Source: Methanobacterium sp. UBA375
Lineage (GTDB): Archaea; Methanobacteriota; Methanobacteria; Methanobacteriales; Methanobacteriaceae
Length of the DNA: 32,000 nt
Reading direction: 5' to 3'
NCBI GenBank assembly: GCA_002495625.1
Contig: DAGC01000003.1
Location: 151,980-183,979 of the forward strand
In this document: positions 28,141 to 32,000 of the stretch, piece after piece
Numbering within the stretch: the stretch's first letter is position 1
Layout: every line of letters starts with the position of its first letter
Translations under genes and position numbers: made by a program
The notes under the pieces: model-generated
What the model saw: the letters and a program-made list of their open reading frames with translations, nothing else
Told to the model about the DNA's origin: nothing
Database searches by the model: none

Positions 28141-28614
28141 ATGGATATAGGAGATCCTATTAAAACCACGGTTGAAGAAATCCGAAAAGTGCTGAACATC
28201 GAAAATGTGATTGGTGAAGTAATAGAAACAGATGATAAAACATTAATACCTATAACCAAGATGGGTATGGGTTTTGGTGCAGGTATGGGTGAAGGTGCAG
28301 GTAAAGGAGGTTCCCAATCCCAAGGCGAAGGCGAAGGTAGTGGATCTTTAGCAGGTGCTGGTGGAGCAGCAGGTATTGAACCCATAGCCATGATAGTGGT
28401 ATTTAAAAACGTAGAGGGTCCAGAAGGTGTTAAAGTACTAACTCTTTCTGGAAATCCAATAGCTCAAGCTTTAGGAGAACTAGGTACTGCAGCAATGGAT
28501 ATGGCAAGAACTGGTATGCACGAAATGAAAAAATCCGGTAAACATAAAGAAATGAAACGAAAAGCAGAAGAGACAGCTGAAGAAGTCAAATCTGAAGTTA
28601 AAAAAAGTATGTAA
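28141..28614 (+). CDS. GerW/YtfJ-family protein with Gly-rich loop and K/E-rich C-terminal tail
   Basis: GGGAGGG Shine-Dalgarno element 7 nt upstream. VIGEVIETDDKTLIPITKMGMGFGAG, a Gly-rich loop at 28261..28371, then GIEPIAMIVVFKN. This is the same order of elements as B. subtilis YtfJ as I recall it. Confidence 0.75.
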   Translation: MDIGDPIKTTVEEIRKVLNIENVIGEVIETDDKTLIPITKMGMGFGAGMGEGAGKGGSQSQGEGEGSGSLAGAGGAAGIEPIAMIVVFKNVEGPEGVKVLTLSGNPIAQALGELGTAAMDMARTGMHEMKKSGKHKEMKRKAEETAEEVKSEVKKSM

Positions 28615-28638
28615 GTAAGCGATAAGAGAGGATTAAGT

Positions 28639-29229
28639 TTGATTTTCACTATAATTGGTGTCATAATTCTTATTCTGGCACTAATTCTGCTATTAATCCT
28701 CTTTATCCCATTCCATATTTCTTTGAAGCTAAATAAAAGAGATAAGGATGTCAGGGGAGATTTTCAAGTTAAATGGTTAAAGATACGTCTAATAAAACGT
28801 ACCATACCTGAAGAGAAAAAGAAAGAGAAAAAGGAAGAAGAGGAAAAGAAAAGGAAATTTAGTATTGATGATATATTTACTGTTCTTAAGAATTTTATGG
28901 CCGCATTTGAACACTTAATACCGATTTTACGTGCGTTTATCGAGTCCATTAAACTGGAAAAGTTATCTCTTAGTTTGAATTTAGGATTCACCAGCCCGGT
29001 AAGCACCGCTTTAATCAGTGGCTATTTCTGGAGCATAAGCTCCATATTAAATCTTATTCCCACTGTAAATCTCTCCATGACTCCTGATTTTCAAAAAAGT
29101 AAAGTTGATGGTTCCTTTGAATTCGAGCTCAAATTAACACTCTATCTGATAGTAGCGGCGCTTTTAAAGGCTTTCACTAAAAAGCCAGTGCGTAAATTAG
29201 TCTGGAGCGTCAGAAAATTAAATCAATGA
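28639..29229 (+). CDS. DUF2953/YtfI-like membrane-anchored protein
   Basis: TTG start 7 nt after GAGAGGA and 24 nt after the upstream stop. N-terminal TM IIGVIILILALILLLILFIPF, then HISLKLN..GDFQVKWLKIRL, a PEEKKKEKKEEEEKKRK linker, and a beta-rich C-terminal part. Confidence 0.7.
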   Translation: MIFTIIGVIILILALILLLILFIPFHISLKLNKRDKDVRGDFQVKWLKIRLIKRTIPEEKKKEKKEEEEKKRKFSIDDIFTVLKNFMAAFEHLIPILRAFIESIKLEKLSLSLNLGFTSPVSTALISGYFWSISSILNLIPTVNLSMTPDFQKSKVDGSFEFELKLTLYLIVAALLKAFTKKPVRKLVWSVRKLNQ

Positions 29230-29353
29230 ACAGAATACCCCATATACTTTAAATAAACCCATCAATAATGAAAGTAAACCAACATATGGAAAAACGGTCT
29301 CAAATAAACCCGAAATCTCAAATAAACCAGAAAATAAAAGAGTGGTTACATAA

Positions 29354-29749
29354 ATGTGGAAAAAGATCATCGATTACGATTTTTTAGGACCAGTTCTGGA
29401 TTCCATCTTGAATGATGAGAAATTTGATTACGAGTACGCTGTAAGACCCTTTATGGACAAATTGAAGGATACAGAAGGTTCCATCCACAAAGCAATTACC
29501 AAGGGCAAACCAGCTAAAATAGGAAACAGGACTATATATCCGGTTATCATGTTTTCAACCATTGAATTTAAGGATAAATTCACCTATGAATCCATAACAC
29601 CCTTTGCATTAGCTGTGATAGAGCCAGATCGGAAATATTTCATCTCCCTGGATGAAGAAAATGAAGAGATCAAGGAACTCCTATGTGATGATGAATTATG
29701 GAGCAAATTGGGTTTGGAGAAAGATAAAACAGAAACAAATTCTCTTTAA
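29354..29749 (+). CDS. Small acidic protein, possibly a divergent loop-less GerW/YtfJ-like paralog
   Basis: IGNRTIYPVIMFSTIE ... ITPFALAVIEPD mirrors the two conserved strands of the 28141 protein (TLIPITKMGMGF ... IEPIAMIVVF), without the Gly-rich loop. The similarity was judged by eye only. Confidence 0.5.
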   Translation: MWKKIIDYDFLGPVLDSILNDEKFDYEYAVRPFMDKLKDTEGSIHKAITKGKPAKIGNRTIYPVIMFSTIEFKDKFTYESITPFALAVIEPDRKYFISLDEENEEIKELLCDDELWSKLGLEKDKTETNSL

Positions 29750-29831
29750 ATAAAATATTTTATAAGGGTAGATAGGGATTATTTAGGATAAATTTCCATA
29801 AAAATAAAAGAAAAAATTAAAAATAAAGAAT

Positions 29832-30038
29832 TTAAGCTGCTTTTACGGCTAATTCGATATCATCTGCTTTCACAGTTTTTCTACCGGCGTGTTTTGCAAG
29901 TTCAACGGCTTTTTTAGCAATTTCTTCGCCTTTTTCTTCTAAAGATTTTGCTAAGGCCTCTTTTGCATCATCACTTATCCTTTGTGCACCAGCATTTTTG
30001 ATGATCCTTCCCACTGGAGCAATAGGTAATTCAGCCAT
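29832..30038 (-). CDS. Archaeal histone (HMf family), 68 aa
   Basis: [68 protein letters not shown] is a histone fold. A perfect Shine-Dalgarno element AGGAGGTGAT lies before ATG at 30038. The track ORF extends artificially to 30122. Confidence 0.9.
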   Translation of the reverse strand: MAELPIAPVGRIIKNAGAQRISDDAKEALAKSLEEKGEEIAKKAVELAKHAGRKTVKADDIELAVKAA

Positions 30039-30072
30039 ATTATCACCTCCTAATTTAGCTATGACCCTATAA

Positions 30073-30080
30073 TATTTAAA
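30073..30080 (-). promoter_or_regulatory. TATA box candidate for the histone gene
   Basis: The minus strand reads AAGTTTAAATATT, with the TATA ending 34 nt before the ATG. An alternative TATA, GCTATAAAAAAC, lies a little further upstream. Confidence 0.35.
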
Positions 30081-30147
30081 CTTATCGTTTTTTATAGCAT
30101 TTTTGTCCATGACATATAGCATACTAGTGTAACTGATGAGAAGATCA

Positions 30148-30172
30148 TGTAACCAAAACTATTAAGGTTACA
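30148..30172. promoter_or_regulatory. Inverted repeat TGTAACC-N11-GGTTACA bracketing a TATA-like ACTATTAA upstream of cofH
   Basis: Perfect 7-bp arms at 30148..30154 and 30166..30172. The spacer is AAAACTATTAA. The second arm ends 19 nt before the cofH ATG. Confidence 0.3.
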
Positions 30173-30191
30173 AATTATAATATGAAAATGC

Positions 30192-31307
30192 ATGTTTGAA
30201 AGAGTAGACATTGACCCTCAAATAGAAGAGATACTGGAAAAGGCTACCAAAACCAGGATTTCACGAGATGAAGCAGTCAAACTCATGAAAACAACAGGAA
30301 CAGAATTCCACGCACTCATAATTACTGCAGATACTTTACGTCATGATATCGTTGGAGATAGGGTCACCTACATACCCAACTGGAACATAAACTTCACCAA
30401 TCTCTGCACTGGAACATGCGGATTCTGCGCCTTCCGCAAAGACGAGGATGAAGAAGGAGCTTATTTTCTAAACACCGATCAGGTGGCCCGAAGAGCCAAA
30501 ACCGCCTGGAATAACGGGGCTAAGGAAGTCTGTATACAGGGCGGTTTACACCCCGATGTGGACGCCTATTACTACCAGGAACTGCTCCAGAAACTCCGCG
30601 CAGAATTACCGGATATTTATATACACGCATTTTCCCCCATGGAGATCCTATACGGGGCTGAACAGGCAGGTATATCCATTAAAGAAGAATTAAAGATGTT
30701 AAAAGAGGCTGGCCTTGACTCCATTCCCGGCAATGCTGCGGAGATATTGAATGATGATATACGCCGGGTTCTCTGCCCCACCAAAATGGACACCACTAAA
30801 TGGATAGAAATAGTGGAAACCGCACACCGAACCGGAATACCCACCACCTGCACCATGATGTACGGCCACATCGAAGAACCACACCATCGGGTGGAACATA
30901 TGGATATCTTAAGACAGATACAGAAGCGAACGGGTGGTTTCACCGAATTCGTACCCCTAACCTTCATGCACCGCCTGACACCCATCTATAAAGAGGGAAT
31001 CTCCCGGGCAGGAAGCACCGGCCTTGAAGATCTAAAGGTGTACGCTGTGGCCCGGCTGATGTTCGGGGATCTCCTGAGGAACATCCAGGTTTCCTGGGTG
31101 AAACTTGGATTTAAATTCGCCCAGGTATGTCTCACCGCCGGGGCAAACGACCTGGGAGGAACCCTGGGTGAAGAAAACATATCCAAATCTGCCGGGGCTG
31201 AACATGGAGTGCAGACCACACCGGAAAACTTCCAAAGGATAATAAGGAATATGGGAAGGGTACCGGCGGAGAGGGATACTCTTTATAGGAATATCAAGAT
31301 TTTATAA
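30192..31307 (+). CDS. cofH: FO (7,8-didemethyl-8-hydroxy-5-deazariboflavin) synthase subunit CofH, radical SAM
   Basis: [17 protein letters not shown] (CxxxCxxC) and [18 protein letters not shown] near the C-terminus, with CofH-like length and N-terminal helices. Confidence 0.8.
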   Translation: MFERVDIDPQIEEILEKATKTRISRDEAVKLMKTTGTEFHALIITADTLRHDIVGDRVTYIPNWNINFTNLCTGTCGFCAFRKDEDEEGAYFLNTDQVARRAKTAWNNGAKEVCIQGGLHPDVDAYYYQELLQKLRAELPDIYIHAFSPMEILYGAEQAGISIKEELKMLKEAGLDSIPGNAAEILNDDIRRVLCPTKMDTTKWIEIVETAHRTGIPTTCTMMYGHIEEPHHRVEHMDILRQIQKRTGGFTEFVPLTFMHRLTPIYKEGISRAGSTGLEDLKVYAVARLMFGDLLRNIQVSWVKLGFKFAQVCLTAGANDLGGTLGEENISKSAGAEHGVQTTPENFQRIIRNMGRVPAERDTLYRNIKIL

Positions 31308-31383
31308 TTTTTTGAGAAATTAAAGTTCAGAATTATTTAATAAAAATATGCAACATATTACCAATCCCATTATAGTATGACTA

Positions 31384-31397
31384 GAAAAATTTATATA
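31384..31397 (+). promoter_or_regulatory. Consensus BRE/TATA (GAAAAATTTATATA) driving the candidate small RNA
   Basis: TTTATATA at 31390..31397 is preceded by a purine/A-rich BRE-like GAAAAA. The GC-rich element begins 24 nt downstream. Confidence 0.45.
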
Positions 31398-31420
31398 TCT
31401 TGTTATACTTATTATATTTT

Positions 31421-31491
31421 AAGGTGAGTAAGTCCTTCTGAAAGAATGAGGCCCGTGGATACGGGGTGGGACGAGTAGGAATGGGTTCACC
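31421..31491 (+). ncRNA. Candidate structured small RNA of about 70 nt, unknown class
   Basis: A GC-rich island in an AT-rich spacer. Closing stem GGTGAGT (31423..31429) / GTTCACC (31485..31491), including 2 G-U pairs. Internal hairpin CCCGT-GGAT-ACGGG (31452..31465). CTTTTCCTTTT follows directly. It is not a tRNA cloverleaf and has no clean C/D or H/ACA boxes. Confidence 0.4.
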
Positions 31492-31499
31492 TTTTCCTT

Positions 31500-32000
31500 T
31501 TATCTTTTTCTGAAAATATTTCTACGAGTATCTAATGATACATCCACTTTATTTGATATAAGTGTATAAAAACTCTCGTCATTAGTCCGGTACTTAAGAT
31601 GGATAGCCCCCGCAATAAAATCCACAGCTTGGATTCCATTTGAACTATGCGAAGACTCATGCCTAATGTCTAACTCGGCAGGAGTTTTTAAATCAATATA
31701 GCGATTGAAATCGACTATATTTTTATAAGGTAAAAATTTGTCAATAACAATAATAGTCTTATTGTTTGATGTTTCGTCTAATAATTCACTTAATAATTGG
31801 GCAATCATATAATTATGTATAACAAATTTTTTATCACGTAGATGGCTATGAATCCAACCTTTATTTAGAGCCAGATAAGATATGGATACGTTTTTTAATG
31901 CTATACATTCTAAAACTCTCCTTTTAGTAGTTTTTGATGAATTTGAGAATTTTAATTCCGCTTTCTTATATTTCTTAGATAAACCTTGACGAACTGTTTT
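31500..32000 (-). CDS. DUF3800-like protein (5'-partial, runs off the window end)
   Basis: The frame stays open upstream of the track Met (31808) all the way to position 32000 (KTVRQGLSKKYKKAELKFSNSS...). The C-terminal NGIQAVDFIAGAI motif is typical of DUF3800. The gene is visibly more AT-rich than its neighbours. Confidence 0.6.
   Translation of the reverse strand, partial: KTVRQGLSKKYKKAELKFSNSSKTTKRRVLECIALKNVSISYLALNKGWIHSHLRDKKFVIHNYMIAQLLSELLDETSNNKTIIVIDKFLPYKNIVDFNRYIDLKTPAELDIRHESSHSSNGIQAVDFIAGAIHLKYRTNDESFYTLISNKVDVSLDTRRNIFRKR

Noticed and set aside
28047-28391. 114-aa Pro/Ala-rich minus-strand ORF
   Set aside because: It is the mirror image of the Gly-rich (GGT/GGA/GCA) loop of the GerW-like gene. 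The plus-strand gene has a strong Shine-Dalgarno element and family features.
29286-29387. 33-aa ORF (MEKRSQINPKSQINQK...) reading through the AAATAAACC repeats
   Set aside because: It has no Shine-Dalgarno element and overlaps the start of the 29354 gene out of frame. Its repeat-derived sequence is more simply explained as a DNA-level motif.
31448-31491. tRNA-Val-like strings as a real tRNA gene or clean att site
   Set aside because: There is no anticodon arm and no 3' acceptor strand complementary to the 5' string. The element is too short (about 45 nt) for a cloverleaf, and the similarity is patchy (9-mer plus 5-mer plus 10/12). I kept it only as a comment on the small-RNA candidate.

Overview
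This window looks like mostly core chromosome of a Methanobacteriaceae (Methanobacterium-like) methanogen. The organism call rests on an HMf-type archaeal histone, a wall protein with pseudomurein-binding repeats, CDP-archaeol synthase, and many methanogen cofactor genes. Those cofactor genes are cofH (F420), a putative mfnD-mfnF pair (methanofuran), beta-RFAP synthase (methanopterin), a LeuD/HacB small subunit and ribL. About 36 protein genes are supported, plus a co-transcribed tRNA-Val/tRNA-Phe pair. No CRISPR array, rRNA, transposase or integrase is visible. I found no clear complete novel system. The observations most worth a second look are listed here in order of interest. (1) A three-gene GerW/YtfJ - DUF2953/YtfI - GerW-like module sits next to the tRNA pair in a non-sporulating archaeon. 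(2) A roughly 70-nt GC-rich candidate small RNA has its own consensus BRE/TATA and an oligo-T stop, at the border of an AT-rich DUF3800 gene. (3) Two conserved genes (tldD-like and DUF460) have homologous N-termini lying upstream of any ATG/GTG/TTG, which implies ATA and CTG initiation or sequence errors. (4) Two tandem zinc-ribbon membrane paralogs occur, one carrying a 7-aa Q/D repeat. (5) A MurT-like Mur ligase has no adjacent GatD partner. (6) A PEP-utilizing enzyme lacks the ATP-grasp head. (7) carS and a Tes-like radical SAM lipid gene are divergently paired. All functional calls come from motif recognition by eye. No database search was run.
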